From: Gammaproteobacteria bacterium
Lineage (GTDB): Bacteria; Pseudomonadota; Gammaproteobacteria; Pseudomonadales; UBA7434
Assembly: GCA_024280785.1 (NCBI GenBank)
Contig: JAJRPK010000036.1
Span: 1-37,108 of the forward strand
Reading direction: 5' to 3'
Length of the DNA: 37,108 bases
Shown: in pieces, positions 1 to 9,428 of the stretch
Layout: each line of letters starts with the position of its first letter
Position numbering within the stretch: position 1 is the stretch's first letter
Program-made: the position numbers and the translations under genes
Notes under the pieces: model-generated
Told to the model about the DNA's origin: nothing
Seen by the model: the letters and a program-made list of their open reading frames with translations, nothing else
The model's database searches: none

Positions 1-234
1 AGTTCGACGCTGGCATCCCTGCCAGCAACGGTCTTGAAATCAAAGATATTCCTTTCAAAGGCCTTAGTATCTCAATAGGTTGCGTATTCAATGCGGGCAA
101 GTCGCAGCTATTGATATGAGTCAGATCATGGGTATGGCAATTTGTTGCCATAGTTTAAACGTGTTTTCCTGTGTTGCTTGGCCACGGTATAAAACGCCCA
201 CTAAACAATAATTTTTAACGATTGGAGTGAAGTT

Positions 235-1173
235 ATGTCCACACCGGATTTTGCAGACCAAGACGGCACAATTTGGTTTGATGGTGAAATGGTACCCTGG
301 CGCGATGCTAAGGTACATGTGTTAACGCATACTTTTCACTACGGTTTGGGGTGTTTTGAAGGTGTTCGTGCCTACAAAACTGATCGCCAGGGTACCTGTA
401 TTTTTAAGCTAAAGGCACATACCGATCGACTCTTTGGCTCGGCCCACATTTTGGGTATGGATGTGCCTTTTACCAAGGAGCAAATATTTGAAGCGCATCG
501 CGCCGTTGTTCATGTCAATGGGTTAGATAACGCTTATTTACGGCCGATGTTTTTTTACGGTTCCGAAGGCATGGGTTTGCGAGCCGATAATCTTAAAACA
601 CATGCCATTATTGCTGCTTGGGATTGGCCTTCTTACGCTTCTCCCGAGTTGCAGCAAGTGGGCATGAAAGTGAAGACCTCTAGTTTTACTCGTCACCACG
701 TCAATATAACCATGTGTAAAGCCAAAGCGAATGGCAATTACATTAATTCGATGATGGCATTAAAAGAAGCCCTGGATTGCGGTGCCGACGAAGCCTTGCT
801 GTTAGACAATGAAGGCTATGTTGCAGAAGGTAGTGGAGAAAACATTTTTGTTGTTCGCGACGGAGTATTACATACGCCTGAATTAACCTCTTGTTTGGAC
901 GGAATAACCCGTAAGACAGTTTTTGAATTGGCAACGGAATTGGGTTACTCAATAAAAGAGCGCCGAATAACACGTGATGAAGTGTATATAGCAGACGAGG
1001 CATTCTTTACTGGAACAGCGGCAGAGGTGCTACCCATACGCGAGCTGGATGGACGTAAAATTGGTACAGGTGCGCGAGGTCCTATAACTGAGAAGTTACA
1101 GACTCTCTATTTCGAATCTGTTCGGGGGCAGCGGCCTACTCCAGAGGGATGGCTAGTTCCTGTTGCTGATTGA
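235..1173 (+). CDS. ilvE: Branched-chain-amino-acid aminotransferase (class IV PLP enzyme)
   Basis: 312-aa ORF. The N-terminus IWFDGEMVPWRDAKVHVLTHTFHYGLGCFEGVRAY and the blocks EGSGENIF and FFTGTAAEV are typical IlvE. A GGAG Shine-Dalgarno lies about 9 nt upstream of ATG 235. Confidence 0.95.
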   Translation: MSTPDFADQDGTIWFDGEMVPWRDAKVHVLTHTFHYGLGCFEGVRAYKTDRQGTCIFKLKAHTDRLFGSAHILGMDVPFTKEQIFEAHRAVVHVNGLDNAYLRPMFFYGSEGMGLRADNLKTHAIIAAWDWPSYASPELQQVGMKVKTSSFTRHHVNITMCKAKANGNYINSMMALKEALDCGADEALLLDNEGYVAEGSGENIFVVRDGVLHTPELTSCLDGITRKTVFELATELGYSIKERRITRDEVYIADEAFFTGTAAEVLPIRELDGRKIGTGARGPITEKLQTLYFESVRGQRPTPEGWLVPVAD

Positions 1174-1176
1174 TTT

Positions 1177-2085
1177 TTAATAAAAAGAAGCCTCACCCGC
1201 TGGCCTTGTTTTAAACCGACGATGTACCCACATGTATTGGTCTGGTTGAACGCTGATGCCTTTTTCGATCAAGGCGTTGATTAGTGTGGCATCTTGAATG
1301 TCATCGCCCGTTGGAAAAGCCGGATCGATGGGTTCAAAAACTATTCGATATTGATGGGTGATGGGGTCACGGTAGTGAAATAATCCTAACGTTTTTGCAC
1401 GGCCCAAGCGGGCAAGTTTTGATGTGCTGACCAAAGTGGCTGCGCTGACACCAAAGAACGGAGCAAATACAGCTTGATTGCGGCCGTAGTCTTGGTCAGG
1501 TGCGTACCAAAGCACATCGCCTTGGCGTAGTGTCCGCACAATGGCTCGCATGTCAGAGCGCTCAAGCACATTTTTAAATCGTCGTTTTCGGCCGCTGGTA
1601 ATAACATATTCAAATACGGGGTTGTTGTGTTTTCTGTATATGGGGCCAAGAGGAGTAACTTGATTAATCATTCGCCCGCATAAGTCCAAATGGACAAAAT
1701 GGGCGCCTACTAACAATACGCCGCTGCCGTCTGCTTTTGCTGCGTCTAAATGTTCTAACCCTTCAACCGTATATCGGTGAGCGATGTCTTCTGATTTTGC
1801 CCACCAGCCCCAAGCGATTTCAAAAAAACCGATCGCGTTTTGTTTAAAAATTTCTTTGGCAAACTGTATTTTCTCTTTAGCGGAAAGGTCGGGAAAGCAG
1901 AGGTCGATATTGACCTCGACAATATGGCGACGTTTGTGAATAAAGTGGTAGCCAACTTTACCCAAAAAATTTCCTGCCGCCAATTTAGCACGAAAGGGTA
2001 GTGCGGAGATAATGCGCAAAATCAACACGGCAAACCAGCTGGGCCAATGCCGGGGATGTAATAAATTTTTAGGTAGTGAATCCAC
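1177..2085 (-). CDS. lpxL: Lipid A biosynthesis late (lauroyl/myristoyl) acyltransferase, LpxL/HtrB family
   Basis: 302-aa ORF with an N-terminal membrane anchor (WPSWFAVLILRII), an H-x4-D type block (GAHFVHLDL) and the C-terminal WVHRRFKTRP signature of LpxL/HtrB enzymes. GTG start at 2085, 10 nt after the stop of the upstream GT4 gene. Confidence 0.85.
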   Translation of the reverse strand: MDSLPKNLLHPRHWPSWFAVLILRIISALPFRAKLAAGNFLGKVGYHFIHKRRHIVEVNIDLCFPDLSAKEKIQFAKEIFKQNAIGFFEIAWGWWAKSEDIAHRYTVEGLEHLDAAKADGSGVLLVGAHFVHLDLCGRMINQVTPLGPIYRKHNNPVFEYVITSGRKRRFKNVLERSDMRAIVRTLRQGDVLWYAPDQDYGRNQAVFAPFFGVSAATLVSTSKLARLGRAKTLGLFHYRDPITHQYRIVFEPIDPAFPTGDDIQDATLINALIEKGISVQPDQYMWVHRRFKTRPAGEASFY

Positions 2086-2095
2086 AGCTATAGCA

Positions 2096-3199
2096 TTAGT
2101 CGGCGATTGAGAGGTTTCTAAAAAAGGCTATCAATTGTTGAGCTTCTCGTTCAATAGTGTAGTTTTGCTCAATGCGAGTACGGCCGTTATTCCCCATTTT
2201 TTCCAGTTGCTCGGGGTCTGACATTAACGTTTCCAGTTTAGCGGATATTGCTGCCGTATCTTCGTTCGGAACAGTGTAACCGTCTACGCCATTGCGCACA
2301 ATTTCTGGCCAGGCACCCGCGCTACTGGTTAGTACTGCAACGTTGCTGCTCATGGCTTCCAGTACAGTGAGTCCGAAACCTTCTGTCCTACTCAGTGCGG
2401 TAATAATTGACATGGCTCGGAACAGTGATGGAATCTTTGAAAACGGTAACTCGCCTAAGTAAACAATTTGCTGATGAACGCCTGCACGGTTAGCTTGTTC
2501 CATCAATTGGTCAAAAAATTCTTGGTGATCGGGTGTAACACTGCCGGTTATGACGACGGTAAAATCGGGGTACTTTTTTAACAGCGGGATGATGGCTGTA
2601 AATAGTAGATCAATACCTTTTTGACGACGAACCCGGCCAAAAATACCAATCCCGTATTTTCCGGGCAAGCCCAAGGCTTGCCAGTCTTTTCTTTTATCGG
2701 TCGCAGGGCAAAAAAGAGCGGTGTCGATGCCGTGAGGAACAATAATATCGGGCTGGCGTTCCAGGAATCGTGCAGCAGCATCACAGGTGGAAACTACGCC
2801 GTCCATTTTTCTGATCAGCCAACGAGTAAATTTGGAATGATGCCGCTGTGCTGTAGAGGTAAATACGATTTTAAGTTTTGCTCTGAATAACCAGCGTAAT
2901 AATAGAGCCTGAATCATCTCATCGTTTCGTCGAGCATGAAAAATTCTATACCGGCCATCTGGCAAGGTAGATTTACACAGTTTAGCGGTTTGCCAGAAAG
3001 TCAAAATTTGAATCTCAGTAGGTACATAGTGTTGGCCCATCACCGCCAGCGAAAGCAGGGCTTTTTGCCGGCCAAGAACTTGCAGCATGGTAGACGTCAC
3101 ACCGGAGAAACGCTTATTAGAATTTCCGAGAATGAGTTCGATTTCGTTTATTTTGATACCTGCCGTTTTGTTACCCATTGTACTAATGCCAGAATCCAT
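2096..3199 (-). CDS. Glycosyltransferase family 4 (GT-B), probable LPS core glycosyltransferase
   Basis: 367-aa ORF. The C-terminal EGFGLTVLEAMSSNVAVLTSSAGAWPEIV is the E-x7-E region of GT4 enzymes. Co-oriented and nearly contiguous with lpxL. The start is ambiguous (ATG 3199 or the ATG 7 codons downstream); neither has a clear SD. Confidence 0.85.
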   Translation of the reverse strand: MDSGISTMGNKTAGIKINEIELILGNSNKRFSGVTSTMLQVLGRQKALLSLAVMGQHYVPTEIQILTFWQTAKLCKSTLPDGRYRIFHARRNDEMIQALLLRWLFRAKLKIVFTSTAQRHHSKFTRWLIRKMDGVVSTCDAAARFLERQPDIIVPHGIDTALFCPATDKRKDWQALGLPGKYGIGIFGRVRRQKGIDLLFTAIIPLLKKYPDFTVVITGSVTPDHQEFFDQLMEQANRAGVHQQIVYLGELPFSKIPSLFRAMSIITALSRTEGFGLTVLEAMSSNVAVLTSSAGAWPEIVRNGVDGYTVPNEDTAAISAKLETLMSDPEQLEKMGNNGRTRIEQNYTIEREAQQLIAFFRNLSIAD

Positions 3200-3475
3200 A
3201 CAGAAAAACGGTTGCTGTTGCTAATAGTCTCAGAGGGGGAAAACCGCTCTGGCGCAATTATATGCTGGATTTGCCGCTTTTACTAAGAGGGCGATGCCCT
3301 GTGATTGTCCATGCAGATAAACCCGGCTGGATGGTTTGAAAAACTACCTGTTCAGAGTGGCAGTTTCAGCGAGAGTGTTCCCCTTAGAGGTCGGTATCGG
3401 TATACTGCTGCTTACTTTTTATCCCTAAGTATACCGTCAGTTATATCCAAGCCGATTGAACGCTCGATACGCATT

Positions 3476-4516
3476 ATGAAAAACTCTCGTCGCTATTTGT
3501 TTTTTGCCTGCCACAACTATTGTTTTTCAATTTTGCGTCCGCTGCAAGATGCGATTAGAGCGAGAGGCGACGAAGTGTCTTGGTTTATACTGGGCGACCG
3601 GATCAACCCGCAATATCTCACTGACGACGAACAGCGCTGCCTGACGGTAGACGAAGTGATGGCCTACCAACCGTTAGCTGTGTTTACGCCGAACAATGTA
3701 GTGCCCCACTTTTTTCCTGGAATAAAGGTGCAAGTTTTCCATGGCTTTAATGCTCGTAAACGCTCTGATGATGATCATTTCGGATTGCGCGGTTTTTTTG
3801 ATTTGTATTGTACGCACGGACCGTGTACCACCGAGGTATTTCAGCAATTAGCTGAAAAGAAAGGTTACTTTAAAGTTGTTGAAACAGGTTGGCCAAAAGT
3901 AGATTATTTATTGAGTGGGTCGGAAAAAGAAAGAAAACCTAGTAAGCCTACGGTAATACTGACCTCAACATTTAGTAAAAATTTAACTTGCGCACCTCAC
4001 CTTTACAGCACCATAGAACGGTTGGTAAAAAAGAACTCGATGCAGTGGTTAGTGCAATTTCATCCCGAAATGGATTCATCGATTGTACAGATGTATAAAG
4101 CGATAAAAGCGGAGAACTATCAATTTATTGAAACCAGTGATGTAATTCCTTATTTGCGGCTTGCCGATGTTATGGTCTGTGATACCTCATCGATTTTGCA
4201 AGAATTCATGCAACTTGAGCGCCCGGTTGTAACTTTTAAGAATCGAACACCGGGGCCATGGTTAATCGACGTCGACAAGCCAGATGATCTTGAGCAAGCT
4301 ATTGAGCGGGCGTTGTTACGCCCCGAAAAGCTAATGAGTGAAATTCGCCGGTATAATGCGAACTTACATCCGTATTCGGATGGTCAGTCGTCGGTTAGAG
4401 TGCTAGACGCTGCCGACAAATTCATTGCGAGCAAGCCTCGTGCGCTTAGGCGAAAACCGCTGAATATTCTTCGAAAAATTAAGATCTGCCGGCAGTTAAA
4501 TTACTGGAGGCTATAG
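3476..4516 (+). CDS. CDP-glycerol glycerophosphotransferase (TagB/TagF) family protein
   Basis: The blocks VFHGFNARKR, FDLYCTHGPCTTEVF, VETGWPKVDYLL and DVMVCDTSSILQEFMQLERPVV match the TagF-family pattern (xHG..K, GyPR.D, sDySS..fDf..l.kPi). I start the gene at ATG 3476 (MKNSRRYLFFACHNY); the 57 upstream codons of the ORF track look like non-coding leader. Confidence 0.7.
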   Translation: MKNSRRYLFFACHNYCFSILRPLQDAIRARGDEVSWFILGDRINPQYLTDDEQRCLTVDEVMAYQPLAVFTPNNVVPHFFPGIKVQVFHGFNARKRSDDDHFGLRGFFDLYCTHGPCTTEVFQQLAEKKGYFKVVETGWPKVDYLLSGSEKERKPSKPTVILTSTFSKNLTCAPHLYSTIERLVKKNSMQWLVQFHPEMDSSIVQMYKAIKAENYQFIETSDVIPYLRLADVMVCDTSSILQEFMQLERPVVTFKNRTPGPWLIDVDKPDDLEQAIERALLRPEKLMSEIRRYNANLHPYSDGQSSVRVLDAADKFIASKPRALRRKPLNILRKIKICRQLNYWRL

Positions 4517-5319
4517 TGAGTAAAAAATACCGTTTGTCTGTCACCGTAATCACCCTTAACGAAGAAGATCGCTTAGGCCGCTGTCTTGAATCGCTAAAGG
4601 ATGTGGCAGACGAGATTATCATTTTTGATTGCGGTAGCACTGATGCAACCTTGGACGTGGCAAGAAAGTATACCGACAAAATTTGGGAAACGGATTGGCC
4701 TGGATATGGCAAGCAAAAGCAGCGGGCTTTGGAGCAGGCACAATATGAATGGGTGCTCGCGATCGATGCTGACGAAGCGTTAGATTCGAAAATGCTCCAG
4801 TCGGTCAAGGACTTTCTATGCCAAGATCGGGGCGATGTTATTGGTGTTAAAATGAAGTGGGCGGTCACCCTTTATCATAAACGTTTAGACTATGGCCGTA
4901 GTGGAAGATCTCCTTTGCGAATGGTTTGGCGAGAGGGAGCCAGTTTTAGCGAAGACATGGTGCACGAAAAAATGATTCATGCGCCGGGGAGCATAGTGAC
5001 ATTGCCGGGCCGGCTTTTGCATTTCACTCATAGAAACTATGGGCATGCGCTAGAAAAAAACAGTAAGTACGCTTGGCTGGGTAGTCAGAAATATTTTGGA
5101 CGTGGTAAGCGCAGTAATAGTTTAGTGGGCGCAATGCTCCGATCCATCTGGACATTTATTCTAATCTATTTTATTCGACGCGGCTTTTTGGATGGCTCAG
5201 TAGGTTTTTTAGTGGCCGCGAGTTACGCGCAGAATAGTTTTAATAAATATGCGGGGCTGTGGACGTTAACGCGAATGGAGAGAATGGGCGCAGAGCACAA
5301 TCATACGAAGCCTGACTAG
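4516..5319 (+). CDS. Glycosyltransferase family 2, KdtX/WaaE-like LPS core glycosyltransferase
   Basis: 267 aa. LSVTVITLNEEDRLGRCLESL, IIIFDCGSTDAT and LAIDADEAL (DxD) form a GT2 GT-A signature, and the C-terminal amphipathic tail (FLDGSVGFLVA) is as in the KdtX/WaaE group. GTG 4516 overlaps the upstream TAG by 1 nt, with a strong GGAGG 7 nt upstream. Confidence 0.85.
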   Translation: MSKKYRLSVTVITLNEEDRLGRCLESLKDVADEIIIFDCGSTDATLDVARKYTDKIWETDWPGYGKQKQRALEQAQYEWVLAIDADEALDSKMLQSVKDFLCQDRGDVIGVKMKWAVTLYHKRLDYGRSGRSPLRMVWREGASFSEDMVHEKMIHAPGSIVTLPGRLLHFTHRNYGHALEKNSKYAWLGSQKYFGRGKRSNSLVGAMLRSIWTFILIYFIRRGFLDGSVGFLVAASYAQNSFNKYAGLWTLTRMERMGAEHNHTKPD

Positions 5320-5553
5320 ATGTTGGCAGTATTGGCTGAGGGCTGATGGCGGAGAGGGGTAGGATGTGCGTGAATACTGCTGTTGCTCTACCATATTTTT
5401 TGCTTAGCGCATACAGCACCACAGTTATTGTCAATGGCCATCAGGAAAGCGCGTAGCAAATTCTCGAGTTAGCCAAACCTTCTGGGTGCATATTTCTCTG
5501 CCCGGATAAATATATTTTGGGCGTTAAAATGAGCGGTTGGTAAGTGTGCCTAA

Positions 5554-6447
5554 CTAGTCAAATGTGTTTGGAATAAAAGGTTGCCCTTGGTCGTTAAAAG
5601 CGGCTTTGTTGCGGATAAACGCTTTGGTAGCGGCCCTTCTTGTGCGACAACGCTTAGCCCCGTCGTTGTCCAAAAAAAATTCTTTAATGGGGTAAAAGAG
5701 TAAGTGTTTAATGACGGTCGTGTGGTAGTCGATCCAAAAATTGTGTTTTTTAATGTAATAGAGTAGTGACCATTGAAAATGCCATTGCCGCAAAGCACTC
5801 AAGTTGCTGCTTGCTTTGACCGATTTTCCTGCTCCATGGGGTAAGTGGATATGTTCTGCGTAGTGCATAGCGATCCCTTTGTTATCCGCCCGCCGGCAAA
5901 GGTCTATTTCTTCAAAAAATAAAAAAATATTTTCATCGAAACCATCGAGTGACCAGTATTGATTACAATTGAAGAGTAATGCGCAGCCCGTGGCACAGGT
6001 TATTTTCCTTAATGAATTTGTGTCTAGAGGGCTAGTATTTTCTCGCTTGGAGAATTTGACTATCTCACCAGTGTTAGGTGCAACGAATAACCAATGGTCG
6101 CCAAGTTGTTGAGTCGTCTCTATAAGAGTATTTAACGCATCAATTTTAATTTCAATATCAGGGTTTAGTAAGAGAGCATAACGAGTATCGATATGCCTGA
6201 AAGCTTTATTTGCTGCTCGGCCATAACCGTGATTGATCGAGCTGGGAATCACCTCTACGGTTGGATATTGTTCCTGTAGAATCGACAAAGTGTCATCGGT
6301 GCTAGCGTTGTCGAAAATCATAACGTTATATTTATTGAGTTGACCAAGAATGCCTTTCAATAAATGCCCACTATTGTGAGTTATGAACACGATGGTTATG
6401 TCGTTAGTTTTAATATCAGGTCTTAAAGAGACATCTGTTAAGGTCAT
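5554..6447 (-). CDS. Glycosyltransferase family 2
   Basis: 297 aa. ITIVFITHNSGHLL, MIFDNASTDDT and LLLNPDIEI are GT2 GT-A motifs. Last gene of the minus-strand operon 8440->5554. Confidence 0.85.
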   Translation of the reverse strand: MTLTDVSLRPDIKTNDITIVFITHNSGHLLKGILGQLNKYNVMIFDNASTDDTLSILQEQYPTVEVIPSSINHGYGRAANKAFRHIDTRYALLLNPDIEIKIDALNTLIETTQQLGDHWLFVAPNTGEIVKFSKRENTSPLDTNSLRKITCATGCALLFNCNQYWSLDGFDENIFLFFEEIDLCRRADNKGIAMHYAEHIHLPHGAGKSVKASSNLSALRQWHFQWSLLYYIKKHNFWIDYHTTVIKHLLFYPIKEFFLDNDGAKRCRTRRAATKAFIRNKAAFNDQGQPFIPNTFD

Positions 6448-6626
6448 ATATGAGATATCTCATTCGAGTTAGCAAGCAGCCAAATTTTATGCTTTGGCGA
6501 GCCTGTGGACACTTCTATCCAGGACTTATGTTGGGTAAAATATTTTTAATTGCGCTGATCGAAGTGGAGATTAGTGTTAGTTATCACTATGTGATAATAA
6601 CAGAAAAATTGAAGATGTCTCTCCTC

Positions 6627-7316
6627 TTAAAATGACTTCATAAAGGCTTGAGCGCTATTACCTTGATTAAATAATAGGTCGAGAACGCTAACCTCATGAA
6701 CAAATGCGCCATGTAATTGCTGGTAAGGAGGATAGTCGCTGTAGTCCATCCACTTTAGATCTATGCCTTGTTTTAGAAAAAGCTCTTCGTTTAGATAGTC
6801 TTTAGCTGCAGGCCCGGATATATAAATAGATGAGTTTGTTTGCTTGCACAAATCGACTAATCGGTTTGATTTTTCGGAGGATTTTACCGGATAGTCAGAG
6901 GCTAGTGATATTTTTGTTGTGATGTTGAGGGTGGTACAAATAGCTTTAATAAACTCAATATTGATTTTGCTTAATAGCGTTTCGTTGCTATCTAGATACA
7001 AATTTTCGAATAGCTCTTTGAAGTCATGAAAATATGGTGCCTTCGAGTATGCTTGTTTTAACGAAGCCCAGTGTTTTTTTCGCCATATATTATGACTTGC
7101 TTCCACTTCGTCAATTTTAAGCGATAGCGAATGGTTTACCGGTATTGTTAGCCAGGATAGTCCTTGTTGGGTTTTAATTTTATTTCTATTTCTCCAGTCA
7201 TTTTTAGTATACTGAACCGAATCATAAATAATGAATTCGTCTGCTGAATTAACAATATCAAAATATCCTTTCCAAGGGATATAGTTGGACTGAATAATCG
7301 CAAGAGTTTTATTCAT
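6627..7316 (-). CDS. WbqC-family protein (function unknown, associated with amino-sugar loci)
   Basis: 229 aa. The N-terminus LAIIQSNYIPWKGYFDIV...IYDSVQYTKNDWRNRNKI is the recognisable WbqC-like signature. Its start overlaps the upstream aminotransferase stop by 4 nt (ATGA). Confidence 0.8.
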   Translation of the reverse strand: MNKTLAIIQSNYIPWKGYFDIVNSADEFIIYDSVQYTKNDWRNRNKIKTQQGLSWLTIPVNHSLSLKIDEVEASHNIWRKKHWASLKQAYSKAPYFHDFKELFENLYLDSNETLLSKINIEFIKAICTTLNITTKISLASDYPVKSSEKSNRLVDLCKQTNSSIYISGPAAKDYLNEELFLKQGIDLKWMDYSDYPPYQQLHGAFVHEVSVLDLLFNQGNSAQAFMKSF

Positions 7317-8440
7317 TGGTAAAATGCTTTTATAGAATTAATTACGGAGCTGGCATCGTGCGAACTCAGTCCATAGAACATCGGTAGACGCAGCAGCTTT
7401 TCACTTTCCTGTGTAGTATATATATCTTTCCCGTGGAACGAGCCATGTATTTTCCCCGCATCGCTAGCATGCAGCGGTACATAGTGAAATACGGCTTTTA
7501 CATCGAGGTCTTCTAGATATTTGATTAGTTTAGTCCGATCAGACAAATTATTTGTTTTTATAAAAAATATATGGCCGTTGTGAGTGCAGCTGTCTGGCAA
7601 TTCTGGCAAAGTAATGTGGCCGCGCTGCTCTAATTCAACGAGACCGTGATAATAATAATGCCAGCTTGCTAATCGATCGTGGTTTATTTCTTCAGCTCTT
7701 TCCAGTTGCGCATACAGGTAAGCGGCATTGATATCGCTACATAAATAACTGCTGCCGATATCTACCCAGCCGTATTTATCTATCATACCTCTAAAAAACT
7801 TGCTTCTATTGGTACCCTTTTCCCGAATAATTTCAGCCCTTTCTGAGTATTTTGAATCGTTGATAATGAGTAGCCCGCCTTCACCGCAACTATAGTTTTT
7901 TGTCTCGTGAAAGCTAAAGGCGCCTAAGCAGCCTATCGTACCAAGGGGTCGCCCCTTGTAGTGTGACATCATTCCTTGAGCCGCATCTTCAATAACTGGG
8001 ATGTTATGTCGGTTGGCAATGGACATGATGGTATCCATTTCACATGCGACCCCGGCATAGTGAACCACCATGATGGCTTTGGTTTTATTCGTAATAGCGG
8101 CTTCTATGCGATTTTCATCTACATTCATGGTGTCTGGACGGATATCCACAAAGATTATTTTTGCGCCTCTGAGTACAAAAGCATTGGCAGTGGAAGGAAA
8201 GGTAAAGCTTGGCATAATGACTTCATCGCCGGCTTCAATATTGAGCAATATGGCCATCATCTCTAAGGCGTGAGTACAGGACGGCGCAAGAAAGGCCTGC
8301 TCACATTTAAGATGACTTTTAAACCAAGCATGGCACCTCTGTGTAAAAGGGCCATCGCCACTAATTTTACGATTATTAATAGCTTCGAGCACATACTCTA
8401 CCTCTGTCCCAAGCAGTGGCGGGCGATTAAAGGGGATCAT
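7313..8440 (-). CDS. rffA: dTDP-4-amino-4,6-dideoxyhexose (WecE/RffA-type) PLP aminotransferase, DegT/DnrJ/EryC1 family
   Basis: 375 aa. The N-terminus MIPFNRPPLLGTEVEYVLEAINNRKISGDGPFTQRCHAWFK parallels E. coli WecE (MIPFNAPP..G.E..Y......GKL.GDG.FT.RC..W). FSFHETKNYSCGEGG contains the PLP lysine context. Confidence 0.85.
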   Translation of the reverse strand: MIPFNRPPLLGTEVEYVLEAINNRKISGDGPFTQRCHAWFKSHLKCEQAFLAPSCTHALEMMAILLNIEAGDEVIMPSFTFPSTANAFVLRGAKIIFVDIRPDTMNVDENRIEAAITNKTKAIMVVHYAGVACEMDTIMSIANRHNIPVIEDAAQGMMSHYKGRPLGTIGCLGAFSFHETKNYSCGEGGLLIINDSKYSERAEIIREKGTNRSKFFRGMIDKYGWVDIGSSYLCSDINAAYLYAQLERAEEINHDRLASWHYYYHGLVELEQRGHITLPELPDSCTHNGHIFFIKTNNLSDRTKLIKYLEDLDVKAVFHYVPLHASDAGKIHGSFHGKDIYTTQESEKLLRLPMFYGLSSHDASSVINSIKAFYQ

Positions 8441-8571
8441 ATCTAGATTGTCCGTTTTAGTGGCAAAATTGGCGACTATTGAAAATTTAACTGATATTAT
8501 CTCACTTCATTTAAAATGATGAATTCAAAAAATTACAGTTTGGTAGAACATCCTAGTTATTCAGGAAATTT

Positions 8572-9417
8572 ATGAACGATAAACTATCTCGAGAAGGTGT
8601 GATTGAGGCGAATAGATATGTTCACTCTTCAATTGTTGAAGAATACAATAACTCTCCCCATTTTAACCCAGAAAATAAAGCACGGGTTAGCTCGATTCTC
8701 GACGATTTAGTTGATGAAATGGCGCTCAATGGGCGTGAGCCGAACCAAATTATAGATTTTTGCTGCGGTACGGGTTTTATCGTAGATTTGGTTAAAAATT
8801 CGTTTGCCCGAGTGGTAGGGGTGGATGTTACCCAAGAGATGTTAGACAAAGTCGATATTTCGTCTGGTAATATTGAGTTGTTTAACTGTGCTGCTGAGAA
8901 TACGCCTTTTGACGACAATAGTTTTGATATGGCTACCGCCTATTCGTGTTTGGACCACTTGTTAAATTACGAAGAGTTTTTTGCTGAGGCATACCGGGTA
9001 TTGAAACCTGGGGGTATTTTGTACATTGACCTGAATCCCAATCGGGCATTTTGGCATATGCTGAAAACTGTTCAGCATATGCCAGAACTTCACGAGAATT
9101 TGAGTCGAGAAATTTATAACACATTGAATAACGATGAGCGTAATTCAAAGAAATACAATATTGACATCGATCGACTGGTAATGGCGGAACCCATTAAAAA
9201 TCATCAGTTTGGGTTTGATGATGATGAGGTCAGAGCGGTGGCCAAAAAAATTGGTTTTTCCAAGTTTAAAGCAAGCTACCATTGGTTTCTTAACGAAGGC
9301 ATTGTTTTGCATGAGCAATCTGAAGATCATGCCAGCACAATTAACTCTTATTTTCAGAGTATCCTCCCTGCATCTAAGTCGTTATTTAAATACCTTGGCT
9401 TTGTTCTAACTAAGTAG
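8572..9417 (+). CDS. Class I SAM-dependent methyltransferase
   Basis: 281 aa. IIDFCCGTGFIV (motif I), FDMATAYSCLDHL and VLKPGGILYIDLNP are class I methyltransferase motifs. First gene of a plus-strand operon divergent from the aminotransferase. Confidence 0.85.
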   Translation: MNDKLSREGVIEANRYVHSSIVEEYNNSPHFNPENKARVSSILDDLVDEMALNGREPNQIIDFCCGTGFIVDLVKNSFARVVGVDVTQEMLDKVDISSGNIELFNCAAENTPFDDNSFDMATAYSCLDHLLNYEEFFAEAYRVLKPGGILYIDLNPNRAFWHMLKTVQHMPELHENLSREIYNTLNNDERNSKKYNIDIDRLVMAEPIKNHQFGFDDDEVRAVAKKIGFSKFKASYHWFLNEGIVLHEQSEDHASTINSYFQSILPASKSLFKYLGFVLTK

Positions 9418-9428
9418 GTTGTTTGTCA

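Noticed and set aside
3-119. Open frame at the left edge (…FDAGIPASNGLEIKDIPFKGLSISIGCVFNAGKSQLLI*), possibly the 3' end of the gene upstream of ilvE (glnE precedes ilvE in Pseudomonas)
   Set aside because: Only 38 codons are visible and I cannot recognise the family. Calling it on synteny expectation alone would be guessing.
3305-3475. 57-codon N-terminal extension of the TagF-like ORF as given in the ORF track
   Set aside because: The extension has no family-like sequence and lies in the divergent promoter region with the GT4 gene. TagF-like similarity begins right after the internal ATG at 3476.
4479-4868. 129-aa antisense ORF. Similar antisense or shadow ORFs occur at 2936-3286, 7976-8273, 15747-16067, 22686-22970, 23708-24094, 25187-25489, 26165-26485, 29428-29712, 32670-33188 and 34130-34645.
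   Set aside because: All lie inside, and opposite to or out of frame with, strongly supported family-assignable genes. Their translations are low-complexity or Arg/Ser/Cys-rich shadow frames without recognisable motifs.
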